From assembly GCA_044508835.1 (NCBI GenBank), contig JBIQHD010000013.1:22731-86730 (forward strand): a stretch of 64,000 bases of DNA. Direction: 5' to 3'. The translations under genes and the position numbers were made by a program. The notes beneath the pieces are model-generated. The model was not told the DNA's origin, did no database searches, and saw only the letters and a program-made list of their open reading frames with translations. Positions 50,518 to 59,147 of the stretch are shown piece by piece; the stretch's first letter is position 1; every line of letters begins with the position of its first letter. This DNA is from Rubrivivax sp. (GTDB taxonomy: Bacteria; Pseudomonadota; Gammaproteobacteria; Burkholderiales; Burkholderiaceae_C).

Positions 50518-51270
50518 TCAGGCGCCCAGTTCCTCGTGGTGGCCCGTGGCGCCGGGCTTCCAGTAGGCCGCGATGCGGGCGTCCTCGCGCGGATGCGCCT
50601 TGTCGACGAGCAGGATCTGCCGGGCGCGCGCCATCGCCCCCGCCTCGCCGGCGCACCAGGCGTAGCCGGGCTGCGGCGGCAGCGCCAGGGCGCGCAGCGC
50701 GGCCTCCCATTCCTGCGGGGTGGCCACCCACTGCAGCTCGAGCCGCGCGGCGCTCGCCAGCGCGCGGCGGTCGCCGGCGTCGGGCACCTGCAGCAGCACG
50801 ATGGCGCGGGTGCCGGCGGGCAGCTCCTCGAGCCGGCGGTGGACGGCGGGCAGGGCGCTGGCGTCGCCGGCCAGCAGGTGCCAGTCGTAGTCGGTGGGCA
50901 CGATCATCGAGCCGCGCGGGCCGGCGACGACGATGCGCTGGCCGACGGCCGCCCGGCGCGCCCAGTCCGCCGCCGGGCCGTGCCCGTGCAGCGCGAACTC
51001 GATCGTCAGCTCGCGGCGCTCGCGGTCGAAGCGGCGCGGCGTGTAGTCGCGCATCACCGGCTCGCCCGATGCGCCGGGGAGGATCAGCTTCACGTGGTCG
51101 TCGAAGGAGGCGGAGACGAAGTCGTGCAGTTCCTCGCCGGCGAAGGTGATGCCGGCGAAGCCCGGCCCGAGGCGCTCGACGCGCGCCACCTGCACGTCGC
51201 GTCGGCGCAGCTCGTGGCGCACGCGCTGCACGCGGCGGCGGGGCTCGGTGGGGTTCAGGGGTTCGGTCAT
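50518..51270 (-). CDS. Siderophore-interacting protein (ViuB/SIP family FAD-binding reductase)
   Basis: V.RVERLGPGFAGITFAG...DDHVKL...RDYTPRR.D...ELTIEF.LHG.GPA..WA...G....V.GPRGS.......DW.LL.GD.SALPA matches the family. Confidence 0.82.
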   Translation of the reverse strand: MTEPLNPTEPRRRVQRVRHELRRRDVQVARVERLGPGFAGITFAGEELHDFVSASFDDHVKLILPGASGEPVMRDYTPRRFDRERRELTIEFALHGHGPAADWARRAAVGQRIVVAGPRGSMIVPTDYDWHLLAGDASALPAVHRRLEELPAGTRAIVLLQVPDAGDRRALASAARLELQWVATPQEWEAALRALALPPQPGYAWCAGEAGAMARARQILLVDKAHPREDARIAAYWKPGATGHHEELGA

Positions 51271-51282
51271 GGGTTCGATGGA

Positions 51283-51334
51283 TTGGTTGATAATCTCATC
51301 GATCATGCGCAGATAAGTTGATGATGTCAACCAA
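51283..51334. promoter_or_regulatory. Candidate MarR operator / divergent promoter region (AT-richer imperfect palindrome)
   Basis: TTGGTTGA (51283-51290) and TCAACCAA (51327-51334) are perfect inverted 8-mers with partly symmetric flanks. The palindrome fills the 64-nt gap between the SIP and MarR start codons. Confidence 0.45.
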
Positions 51335-51778
51335 ATGGAAATGAATCCCCCGGAGGACGTGCTGGAAATCGTCCATTCCGTCATGCATGCCTTTCGCGCG
51401 CGCCAGCACCGCCTCGCCGGGGCGGGCGGCAGCGAGCTGGCGCTCATGGAGGGCAGGGTGCTGGCCTTCTTCGCGCGGCATCCCGGCGCCACGCAGCGCG
51501 AGCTGGTCGAGCACTCGGGGCGCGACAAGGGGCAGATCGCGCGGCTGATCGGCGGCCTGAAGGCGCGCGGCCTCCTGGCGGCGCGCGCCGACGAGAGCGA
51601 CCGCCGCGTGGTGCGGCTGCAGCTCACCGAGCGCGGCGAGGCCATCCACCGCGAGCTGAACCAGCAGCGCCGGCGCCTGGCGAAGGCGGCCGTGGCCGGC
51701 ATGAGCGACGAGCAGCGGCGCGAGCTCGCGGCGCTGCTGCTGCAGGTGCGCGCGAACCTCGAAGCCGCCGTTCCCTGA
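51335..51778 (+). CDS. MarR family transcriptional regulator
   Basis: The 147-aa protein has a winged-HTH pattern (L...RVL.F.ARHPGATQRELVEHSGRDKGQIARLI..L..RGLL....DE.DRR...L.LT..G). Confidence 0.85.
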   Translation: MEMNPPEDVLEIVHSVMHAFRARQHRLAGAGGSELALMEGRVLAFFARHPGATQRELVEHSGRDKGQIARLIGGLKARGLLAARADESDRRVVRLQLTERGEAIHRELNQQRRRLAKAAVAGMSDEQRRELAALLLQVRANLEAAVP

Positions 51779-51807
51779 CCCGGCGCGGGGTCTTCAGGAA
51801 GGCCTGT

Positions 51808-52236
51808 TCAGGCCTGGAGCGTGCCGCCCAGCAGCCGCGAGTCGGCCACGCCGGCGGACGAATAGAGCGCCGGCGCCTCGCGCGGCATCAGCACGTCGAT
51901 GGCGCGGTCGAGCGCCGCCGTGGCGCGGGCCAGGGATTCGCGCTGCGCCGCCACCTGGCCGCTGGCATTGGCCAGCCGGTGGCGCATGGGCAGCGGCACG
52001 CCGCCGCTGCGCGCGGCGTGCGTGAAGCGCTCCACCGCGCGCGCGAGCGCACGGTGGAGTTCGGACGAATGCGTGTCGATCGCCGCCGCGTCGCGGGCGC
52101 GCAGCGCCTCGCCGAGGGCGCCGAGTTCGGCTTCCACCGCCGCCAGCGTCTGTTCGAGCAACGGATCGGCCGCTTCGGCGGCCGGCATCGGCAGTGGAAT
52201 CATGGAGTGAGCCCCGGAGGGCGCCGTGTGGTCCAT
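51808..52236 (-). CDS. flgN: Flagellar export chaperone FlgN
   Basis: This small helical Ala/Leu/Arg-rich protein lies immediately after flgM, in the conserved flgA-flgM-flgN order. The ATG at 52236 overlaps the flgM stop (TGATG). An alternative ATG lies at 52203. Sequence motifs alone are weak. Confidence 0.65.
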   Translation of the reverse strand: MDHTAPSGAHSMIPLPMPAAEAADPLLEQTLAAVEAELGALGEALRARDAAAIDTHSSELHRALARAVERFTHAARSGGVPLPMRHRLANASGQVAAQRESLARATAALDRAIDVLMPREAPALYSSAGVADSRLLGGTLQA

Positions 52237-52535
52237 CAATGCGAGGTCTTGCCCAGCAGTTCCTGTGCGTTGGCGATCAGCCGGTCGGCGATCACCTCGG
52301 CGTTGACGGTGAACTGGCCGCTGGCGATGGCCTGGGAAATGCGTTCCACCTTGGCCGTGTCGAACTCGCCGTCCGCGCCCGAGATCAGGCTGGCCGCGGT
52401 GTTCGACAGCTCGACCTGCGCGCTCGCCTCGGCGGGCGCCGCCACGGGGGCCGTCTTGGCGGACTGGCTGGCGCCGGCGCGGCCCGCGGCGGCCGGTGCG
52501 ACCGGCGGCGTGTCGGCAGGGTTACCGATTTTCAT
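52236..52535 (-). CDS. flgM: Anti-sigma-28 factor FlgM
   Basis: The 99-aa protein has a disordered N-terminal half. The C-terminus FDTAKVERISQAIASGQFTVNAEVIADRLI is the conserved FlgM sigma-28-binding region. Confidence 0.88.
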   Translation of the reverse strand: MKIGNPADTPPVAPAAAGRAGASQSAKTAPVAAPAEASAQVELSNTAASLISGADGEFDTAKVERISQAIASGQFTVNAEVIADRLIANAQELLGKTSH

Positions 52536-52586
52536 GATGCTCTCCAGAGGGCGGAAGAGACTTCCGGCCCGTTCAACATGGACGGT

Positions 52587-52613
52587 GTATCGACCCGTCC
52601 CGCGTTGACTTTA
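52587..52613 (-). promoter_or_regulatory. Sigma-28 (FliA) class III promoter for flgMN
   Basis: The minus strand reads TAAA-N15-GTCGATAC, against the consensus TAAA-N15-GCCGATAA. It lies about 50 nt upstream of the flgM ATG and just downstream of the flgA stop. A GGAGAG Shine-Dalgarno sequence precedes flgM. Confidence 0.7.
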
Positions 52614-52653
52614 GGCCTTTCTCGCCGGCGGACCCCGCGAATGGGTGGCCCGC

Positions 52654-53391
52654 TCACAGCAGCATCTCCACCAGCCCCTCGCCGGTGGCCTGGCCGGTGA
52701 GGATGCGCCCGCTTTCGGTACGCACGCGCACCGGCCGGCCCTCGACGCCGGGCGTGAGCGCCCGCCCTCGCGCCGTGACGCTGAAACCCGGCCCGCCGGC
52801 CTTGACCAGCACCGAGGCGCCGGCGGCGAACCACTGGCGCGCGCGCAGGTCCGATTCGCGCAGGCTCTCGCCGGCGTTCACCGAGCGGGCCAGCACGCGG
52901 CCGACGGCCAGGGCCGGGTCGAGGACGGCCGGCGACGGGTCTTCGGCCAGGTCGACCTCGACTTGAGACAGGTCGGCGTCGGTCAGCACGCGGCCGGCGG
53001 CCATCGGGCCGCTGGCGGCGAGCGCGATGCCGTACACCTTGACGGTGATCGGCAGGTAGACGTTCCAGGCCACCGGCCCCTCGACGCAGCGAAGCCCGAT
53101 GCGGGTGCGGCCCCACAGGCGCGCGCCGGCCAGCAGGTGCGGCTCGACGCGGGCGCAGGGCGCCAGGCGCAGGCGGCTGTCGAGCTCGCCGACCTGCACT
53201 TCCACGCGGGCCGCGCGGCTGTCCTGGACCATGCCGGCCATGGCGAGGTCCTGCACCTGGCGGGCGAAGCCGTCCTGCGGCTCGGCGCGGGCGTGCAGGC
53301 CGGCGGCGCACAGCAGGGCGCACAGCGCCAGGCGCCATCCGCGCAGCAGCGGCGCGGCGAACGGCGGACGACGGCGAAGCGGCATTTCCAT
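52654..53391 (-). CDS. flgA: Flagellar basal-body P-ring formation chaperone FlgA
   Basis: A signal peptide is present. The C-terminal SAF/ChapFlgA region reads G..L...DL.........A..P..A.GR.L.R....G..L...DL........G..V.......GF.V...G.AL..G..G..V.V.....GR...G.A.G.G. The start could be the ATG at 53391 or at 53385; the ORF track gives a GTG at 53400. Confidence 0.85.
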   Translation of the reverse strand: MEMPLRRRPPFAAPLLRGWRLALCALLCAAGLHARAEPQDGFARQVQDLAMAGMVQDSRAARVEVQVGELDSRLRLAPCARVEPHLLAGARLWGRTRIGLRCVEGPVAWNVYLPITVKVYGIALAASGPMAAGRVLTDADLSQVEVDLAEDPSPAVLDPALAVGRVLARSVNAGESLRESDLRARQWFAAGASVLVKAGGPGFSVTARGRALTPGVEGRPVRVRTESGRILTGQATGEGLVEMLL

Positions 53392-53533
53392 GGCCGCCAC
53401 TGTAGGAGCGGGCCGGCCGGGCGGGTGGGCGGAAATGGCGCCGATTCGCCGCGCTATTCCCGCTAATGTTCCCGGAGGCGCTCACCACAATGGCCTGACC
53501 CAACCCGGGGTTCCCCACAGGTCTGGAGCGCCC

Positions 53534-53938
53534 ATGCTGAACCGACTCACCGACAAGCTCGACTTCCTCGGCCAATCCCTGAGCCTGCGGTCGGAACGCC
53601 AGCGCCTGATCGCCAGCAACATCGCCAACGCCGACACCCCGGGCTACGTGGCGCGCGACATGGACTTCGCGCAGGCGCTGCGCGAGGCCACCGGCGGCGC
53701 CGCCGCGCCGGGCGCCGCGGCGACCACCCACCCCGGCCACATGGCGCTTCCCGCCGGCGCGCGCGGCGACGCGCAGCTTCTCTATGCGGCGCCGAGCCAG
53801 ACCAGCCTGGACGGCAACACGGTGGACATGGACCGCGAGCGCGCGGCCTTCGCCGACAACGCCCTGAGGTACGAGGCCACGCTGCGCTTCATCAACGGCA
53901 ACGTGCGCACGACGCTCGACGCCATCAAGGGACAGTGA
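53534..53938 (+). CDS. flgB: Flagellar basal-body rod protein FlgB
   Basis: LSLRSERQRLIASNIANADTPGY...LDGNTVDMDRERAAFADNALRYEA is the FlgB signature. The protein is 134 aa. Confidence 0.93.
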   Translation: MLNRLTDKLDFLGQSLSLRSERQRLIASNIANADTPGYVARDMDFAQALREATGGAAAPGAAATTHPGHMALPAGARGDAQLLYAAPSQTSLDGNTVDMDRERAAFADNALRYEATLRFINGNVRTTLDAIKGQ

Positions 53939-53942
53939 TGGC

Positions 53943-54031
53943 CCACCTCCTACGCGCTTCGCGCGCCCCCTCGAGGGGGCAACACCAGCGGACCGGCAAA
54001 GCCGGTTCCGCGGTGTTCGCTTGGTCGCGAA
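53943..54031 (+). repeat. Three-hairpin intergenic element, copy A (between flgB and flgC)
   Basis: It reads CCACCTCCTACGCGCTTCGCGCGCCCCCTCGAGGGGGC followed by AACACCAGCGGACCGGCAAAGCCGGTTCCGCGGTGTT. The first 38 nt are identical to copy B except for one base. The third hairpin is conserved in structure but not in sequence. Confidence 0.85.
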
Positions 54032-54073
54032 TCCCCTCATCGCGGCGGGCACGTCGCTTCATGGGTCATTGAT

Positions 54074-54481
54074 ATGTCGATGTCGAACATCTTCAACATC
54101 GCGGGCTCCGCGGTCAGCGCGCAGAGCCAGCGGCTGAACGTGGTGGCCTCCAACCTGGCCAACGCCGACACCGTGGCCGGCCCGGACGGCCAGGCCTACA
54201 AGGCGCGGCAGGTGGTCTTCCAGACGCAGCTCATGGGCGAGGTGGGCGCGGCCGGCGTGCGCGTGTCCACCGTCACCGAGGACCAGGCCGCGGGGCGCCG
54301 CGTGCACGACCCGAGCCACCCGCAGGCCGATGCCGAGGGCTACGTGACCTTCAGCAACGTGAACGCGGTCGAGGAGATGGTCAACATGATCTCGGCCTCG
54401 CGCTCCTACCAGAACAACATCGAAGTGATGAACACCGCCAAGACCCTGCTGCAGAAGACGCTGCAGATGGGCCAGGGCTGA
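54074..54481 (+). CDS. flgC: Flagellar basal-body rod protein FlgC
   Basis: AVSAQSQRLNVVASNLANADT...HP.AD.EGYV...NVN.VEEMVNMISASRSYQNN matches FlgC. Confidence 0.95.
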   Translation: MSMSNIFNIAGSAVSAQSQRLNVVASNLANADTVAGPDGQAYKARQVVFQTQLMGEVGAAGVRVSTVTEDQAAGRRVHDPSHPQADAEGYVTFSNVNAVEEMVNMISASRSYQNNIEVMNTAKTLLQKTLQMGQG

Positions 54482-54508
54482 TTCCGCTTCCGACGACGAA
54501 AGCGACCC

Positions 54509-55153
54509 ATGGTCACCTCGGTCAACAACGATTACTCGCAGGTCGCGGCCAGCACCAGCCGGCAGACGGCCAACGAGGCCGGCGCGGCGGACCGCTTCCT
54601 CACGCTGCTCGTCGCGCAGCTGCAGAACCAGGACCCGCTCAGTCCCATGGACAACGCGCAGGTCACGAGCCAGATGGCGCAGATCCAGACGGTGACGGGC
54701 GTGGAGAAGCTCAACGGCTCCATCGCCGCGCTGTCCACGCAGTTCGTGCAGATGCAGGCGCTGCAGGGCGCCACGCTGATCGGCAAGGACGTGATCGTGC
54801 CGGGCAACAAGCTCGACATCGCCGACGGCGTGGCCCAGGGCGGCTTCGAGCTCAACAGCGCGGCCGACGCGGTGAAGGTGGAGATCCTGAGCCCCGCCGG
54901 CCAGGTGGTGGACACCCTCCACCTCGGCGCGAAGTCGAGCGGCATGCACAGCTTCGACTGGGATGCCGGCGACGCCGACAACACCAGCGGCCTCACCTTC
55001 CGCGTCACCGCCACCGGCGGCAGCACCTCGCTCACCAGCACCCCGCTGATGCGCGACAGCGTGACGGCCGTGCGCTCCTCCGGCGACCAGCTGCTGCTCG
55101 ACCTGGCGAAGTCCGGCGGCGTCGCCTACGGCGACATCAAGGCCTTCAACTGA
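54509..55153 (+). CDS. flgD: Flagellar hook assembly (capping) protein FlgD
   Basis: FLTLLVAQLQNQDPLSPMDNAQVTSQMAQ is the FlgD N-terminal motif. An Ig-like C-terminal domain follows. Confidence 0.92.
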   Translation: MVTSVNNDYSQVAASTSRQTANEAGAADRFLTLLVAQLQNQDPLSPMDNAQVTSQMAQIQTVTGVEKLNGSIAALSTQFVQMQALQGATLIGKDVIVPGNKLDIADGVAQGGFELNSAADAVKVEILSPAGQVVDTLHLGAKSSGMHSFDWDAGDADNTSGLTFRVTATGGSTSLTSTPLMRDSVTAVRSSGDQLLLDLAKSGGVAYGDIKAFN

Positions 55154-55199
55154 CCCGCCTCCCGGCGCCCCGAGCCCTCTTTCCACCCAAGGACACCCC

Positions 55200-56747
55200 A
55201 TGAGCTTCCAGCAAGGCCTCTCCGGCCTGAACGCCTCCAGCAAGAACCTCGAGGTGATCGGCAACAACGTCGCCAACGCCAACACCTACGGCGCCAAGTC
55301 CTCGCGGGCCGAGTTCGCCGACATGTACGCGAGCGCCATGAACGGCACCGGCAGCTCCAACATCGGCATCGGCGTGAACCTGGCGGCGGTGACGCAGCAG
55401 TTCACGCAGGGCAACATCACGACCACCGCCAACGCGCTCGACCTGGCGGTGAACGGCGAGGGCTTCTTCGAGGTGCGCGGCGGCAACGGCCAGACCGTCT
55501 ACACCCGCAACGGCCAGTTCCAGGTCGACAAGAACGGCTACATCATCAACAACGAGGGCCTGCAGCTGCTCGGCTACCCGGCCGACGCGCAGGGCACCAT
55601 CCAGCCGGGCCAGGCCCGGCCGCTGCAGCTGCCCACGGCCGGCATCGAGCCCGCGGCGACCAGCGAGATCACGATGGAGATGAACCTCGACTCGCGCGCC
55701 GGGCTGAAGCAGCCGCGGGCCATCGCCGCCCAGGTGCGCCAGGAAGCGCAGGCGGCGCATGCCGCGGCCGTGGCCGCCGCCGCCGCCGCCACGACGGCGT
55801 CCACCACCGCCGCGGCCGCCGCCGCAGCCGCAGCCGCGGCCGCGGCCGCCGACCCGGCCGACACCGCGCTGGCCGACGCCGCCACGACCGCCGCCGCGGC
55901 CGCCGCGGCCGCCGCCACCGCGCTCGCCAACGCCAACGACGACGTGACCGACGCGGCCAACGCCCTCGCGTCGGCCCAGACCGCCTACACCGCGGCGGAC
56001 GCCGGCGCGCAGATCGACTTCGGCGACGCGGCCACCTACAACAACGCCACCTCGCTCACCGTCTACGACGCCAAGGGCCAGGACGTGGCGCTGACCTACT
56101 TCTTCCAGAAGTCGGCCACCGACACCTGGAACGTCTACGTCACCGCCAACGGGCAGCCGCTGTCCACCGACGCCGCGGGCAACCCGCTGCCGACGACGAC
56201 GATCACCTTTCCGCCCAACGGCGGCCGGCCCACCGCGCCCGCCGGGCCGCTGACGCTGAACATCCCCGCCTCCACCAACGCCGCGGGCGCGCAGACGCTC
56301 GCCATCTCCGGCGTGCAGTTCGACCTGCGCGGCGCCACGCAGTACGGCGCGGGCTTCGGCGTCACCGACCTCTCGCAGGACGGCTACGCGCCCGGCCAGC
56401 TCTCGGGGCTGACGATCGAGAGCAGCGGCGTGGTGATGGCCACCTACTCCAACGGCCAGTCCAAGCCGGCCGGCCAGATCGAGATGGCGACCTTCCGCAA
56501 CCCGCAGGGCCTCACGCCGCTCGGCGGCAACGTGTGGGCGCGCACCTTCGCCTCGGGCGACCCGATCGTGGGCACGCCCGGCCAGGGCAACCTCGGCGTG
56601 CTGCAGTCGGGGGCGCTGGAGGAATCGAACGTCGACCTCACGGGCGAGCTCGTCAACATGATGATGGCCCAGCGCGTCTACCAGGCGAACTCGCAGACCA
56701 TCAAGACGCAGGACCAGGTGCTGCAGACGCTGGTGAACCTGCGCTGA
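55200..56747 (+). CDS. flgE: Flagellar hook protein FlgE, with an alanine-rich low-complexity insert
   Basis: The N-terminus is MSFQQGLSGLNASSKNLEVIGNNVANANTYG. The C-terminus is LEESNVDLTGELVNMMMAQRVYQANSQTIKTQDQVLQTLVNL. Residues around 177-270 are almost entirely A/T/D. Confidence 0.93.
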   Translation: MSFQQGLSGLNASSKNLEVIGNNVANANTYGAKSSRAEFADMYASAMNGTGSSNIGIGVNLAAVTQQFTQGNITTTANALDLAVNGEGFFEVRGGNGQTVYTRNGQFQVDKNGYIINNEGLQLLGYPADAQGTIQPGQARPLQLPTAGIEPAATSEITMEMNLDSRAGLKQPRAIAAQVRQEAQAAHAAAVAAAAAATTASTTAAAAAAAAAAAAAADPADTALADAATTAAAAAAAAATALANANDDVTDAANALASAQTAYTAADAGAQIDFGDAATYNNATSLTVYDAKGQDVALTYFFQKSATDTWNVYVTANGQPLSTDAAGNPLPTTTITFPPNGGRPTAPAGPLTLNIPASTNAAGAQTLAISGVQFDLRGATQYGAGFGVTDLSQDGYAPGQLSGLTIESSGVVMATYSNGQSKPAGQIEMATFRNPQGLTPLGGNVWARTFASGDPIVGTPGQGNLGVLQSGALEESNVDLTGELVNMMMAQRVYQANSQTIKTQDQVLQTLVNLR

Positions 56748-56790
56748 TCCGCGCCGCCCGCCGAGCTGAACACGCAAGGAGCGCAGGCCC

Positions 56791-57519
56791 ATGGATCGCA
56801 TGATCTACCTGTCGATGTCGGGCGCGAAGGCGACGATGCAGCGCCAGGACACGCTCGCGCACAACCTGGCGAACGTGTCGACCGTGGGCTTCCGCGCCGA
56901 GCTGCAGGCCTTCCGCGCCGTGCCGGTGCAGGGCAGCGGCGCGAGCACCCGCGTCTATGCGCTCGAGAGCACGCCCGGCCACGACGACGCGCCGGGCGTC
57001 ATCACCAGCACCGGGCGCAACCTCGACGTCGCCGCGATGGGCAGCGCCTGGTTCACCGTGCAGTCGCTGCAGGGCACCGAGGCCTACACCCGCGCCGGCT
57101 CGTTCGACCTCTCGGCCGACGGCACGCTGATGACGCGCGACGGGCTGATGGTGCTCGGCGACGGCGGGCCGATCCAGGTGCCGCCGAACAGCGAGGTGGC
57201 CATCGCCGCCGACGGCACCGTGAGCGCCCGCGACCCCGTCACCGGCCTGCAGAACCCGGTGGGCCGGCTCAAGCTCGTCACCCCCGAGGCGCCGCTCGTG
57301 CGCGGCGAGGACGGCCTGTTCCGCGCCGCCGACGGCGACCTGCCGGCCGACGCCGCCGCCCGCGTGCAGGACGGCGCGCTCGAGGGCTCCAACGTGAGCG
57401 CCGTCGAGACCATGGTCGCCATGATCGCGGCCGCGCGCCAGTTCGAGACGCAGATGAAGATGCTGCAGACGGCCGAGCGCAACGAACAGAGCGCGGCGCA
57501 GCTGCTCTCGCCGAACTAG
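56791..57519 (+). CDS. flgF: Flagellar basal-body rod protein FlgF
   Basis: MDRMIYLSMSGAK....Q...AHNLANVST.GFRA and LEGSNVS.VE.MV.MI...R.FE are present. The protein is 242 aa and occupies the position between flgE and flgG. Confidence 0.9.
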   Translation: MDRMIYLSMSGAKATMQRQDTLAHNLANVSTVGFRAELQAFRAVPVQGSGASTRVYALESTPGHDDAPGVITSTGRNLDVAAMGSAWFTVQSLQGTEAYTRAGSFDLSADGTLMTRDGLMVLGDGGPIQVPPNSEVAIAADGTVSARDPVTGLQNPVGRLKLVTPEAPLVRGEDGLFRAADGDLPADAAARVQDGALEGSNVSAVETMVAMIAAARQFETQMKMLQTAERNEQSAAQLLSPN

Positions 57520-57526
57520 GAATGAA

Positions 57527-57616
57527 CCACCCCCTACGCGCTTCGCGCGCCCCCTCGAGGGGGCGCCGCCAGCGGGCCGGCAGAGCCGGACCCGCGGCGG
57601 CCGCTTGATCGCCGAA
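57527..57616 (+). repeat. Three-hairpin intergenic element, copy B (between flgF and flgG)
   Basis: It reads CCACCCCCTACGCGCTTCGCGCGCCCCCTCGAGGGGGC followed by GCCGCCAGCGGGCCGGCAGAGCCGGACCCGCGGCGGC. It has the same orientation as copy A and as the operon. Confidence 0.85.
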
Positions 57617-57641
57617 CGGAATTTCTCGAAGGACCCTCGCC

Positions 57642-58424
57642 ATGATGCGTTCTCTGTGGATCGCCAAGACCGGCATGGAAGCCCAGCAGACCCAGCTGGA
57701 CACCATCTCCAACAACCTCGCCAACGTCTCGACCAACGGCTACAAGAAGTCGCACGCGGTGTTCGAGGACCTGATGTACCAGAACCTGCGCCAGGCGGGC
57801 GCGCCGACGAGCGAGGAGACCAGCATGCCCACCGGCCTGCAGGTGGGCCTGGGCACGCGCGCCGTCGCCACGGCGCGCTCGTTCAGCCAGGGCAACCTGC
57901 AGCAGAGCAGCAACCCGCTGGACGTGGCCGTGCTCGGCCAGGGCTTTCTGCAGGTGCAGCTGCCCGACGGCACCACCGGCTACACGCGCGACGGCTCGCT
58001 GCAGGTCGACCCGCAGGGCCAGCTCGTCACCAACAGCGGCTTCGTCGTGCAGCCGGGCATCATCATCCCGGCCGACGCGCAGAGCGTGACCATCGCGCAG
58101 GACGGCACCGTCAGCGCCACCGTCCCCGGCCAGACGCAGCCGCAGAACCTCGGCCAGCTGCAGCTGGCGAGCTTCGTCAACCCGGCCGGCCTCGACCCCA
58201 AGGGCCAGAACCTGTACGCCGAGACCCAGGCCTCGGGCGCGCCGACCACCGGCACGCCGGGCGAGAACGGGCTGGGCTCGCTGCGCCAGGGCTTCGTCGA
58301 GACCTCCAACGTCAACGCGGTGGAGGAGCTGGTCGCCATGATCCAGACGCAGCGCGCCTACGAGATGAACTCGAAGGCCATCCAGACTTCCGACCAGATG
58401 CTGCAGCGCCTGTCGCAGCTGTGA
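57642..58424 (+). CDS. flgG: Flagellar basal-body rod protein FlgG
   Basis: [35 protein letters not shown]...[29 protein letters not shown] is highly conserved in FlgG. Confidence 0.96.
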   Translation: MMRSLWIAKTGMEAQQTQLDTISNNLANVSTNGYKKSHAVFEDLMYQNLRQAGAPTSEETSMPTGLQVGLGTRAVATARSFSQGNLQQSSNPLDVAVLGQGFLQVQLPDGTTGYTRDGSLQVDPQGQLVTNSGFVVQPGIIIPADAQSVTIAQDGTVSATVPGQTQPQNLGQLQLASFVNPAGLDPKGQNLYAETQASGAPTTGTPGENGLGSLRQGFVETSNVNAVEELVAMIQTQRAYEMNSKAIQTSDQMLQRLSQL

Positions 58425-58444
58425 TCCACCCCGTTGCCGCCGCC

Positions 58445-59131
58445 ATGAACCGCCTGCTCCGCACCGCCCCGACCGCCGCCGCCCTGCTCGTGCTCGCCGG
58501 CTGCCAGACGCTGAACGCGCCGCCGCCGGTGGACATCGCCATGCCCACCGCGAAGCGCCCCGAGCCGGTGGCCGCGCCGGTGGTGAACAACGGCGCAATC
58601 TTCCAGGTCTCGCAGTACCGCCCGCTGTTCGAGGACCACCGGGCACGCCACGTCGGCGACACCCTCACCGTGCAGATCGTCGAGAAGGTGACGGCCAGCC
58701 AGAAGAGCACCAGCTCCATCGACAAGAGCGGCTCGGTCTCGGGCAGCATCACCGCGCTGCCGGGCATCAAGCCCAACTCCTTCGGCCTCGGCCGCGCCAG
58801 CGTGGGCGGCAGCTCGACCAACAGCTTCGAGGGCAAGGGCAGCACCGAGAACACCAACAACTTCTCGGGCATGGTCACGGCCACCGTGATCGAGGTGCTG
58901 CCCAACGGCCACCTCGTCATCGCCGGCGAGAAGCAGATCGGCGTGAACCACAACGTCGACGTGCTGCGCTTCTCCGGCCAGGTGGACCCGCGCGCCATCC
59001 AGAGCGGCAACCTCGTCGCCTCGGCGCAGATCGCCAACGTGCGCATCGAGCACCGCGGCCGCGGCGCCCAGGCCGAAGCGCAGGGAATAGGCTGGCTGGC
59101 CCGCTTCTTTTTGAGCGTTCTGCCGGTTTGA
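58445..59131 (+). CDS. flgH: Flagellar L-ring lipoprotein FlgH
   Basis: The lipobox is [40 protein letters not shown] and LRFSG.V.PRAI match FlgH. Confidence 0.94.
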   Translation: MNRLLRTAPTAAALLVLAGCQTLNAPPPVDIAMPTAKRPEPVAAPVVNNGAIFQVSQYRPLFEDHRARHVGDTLTVQIVEKVTASQKSTSSIDKSGSVSGSITALPGIKPNSFGLGRASVGGSSTNSFEGKGSTENTNNFSGMVTATVIEVLPNGHLVIAGEKQIGVNHNVDVLRFSGQVDPRAIQSGNLVASAQIANVRIEHRGRGAQAEAQGIGWLARFFLSVLPV

Positions 59132-59147
59132 GTCTCTTGAGAATCGG

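Noticed and set aside
53392-53533. A search for a recognisable class II (FlhDC-type or sigma-54-type) promoter upstream of flgB in the flgA/flgB divergent region.
   Set aside because: I could not find a convincing -24/-12 element, sigma-28 element or FlhDC box by eye. No feature is reported.
55574-55960. An antisense alanine-rich ORF (55574-55960 minus) and a Pro/Arg-rich ORF (55759-55947 plus) within flgE.
   Set aside because: They are frame and strand reflections of the GCC/GCG simple-sequence tract that encodes the FlgE alanine-rich insert. flgE is continuous and conserved on both sides of the tract.
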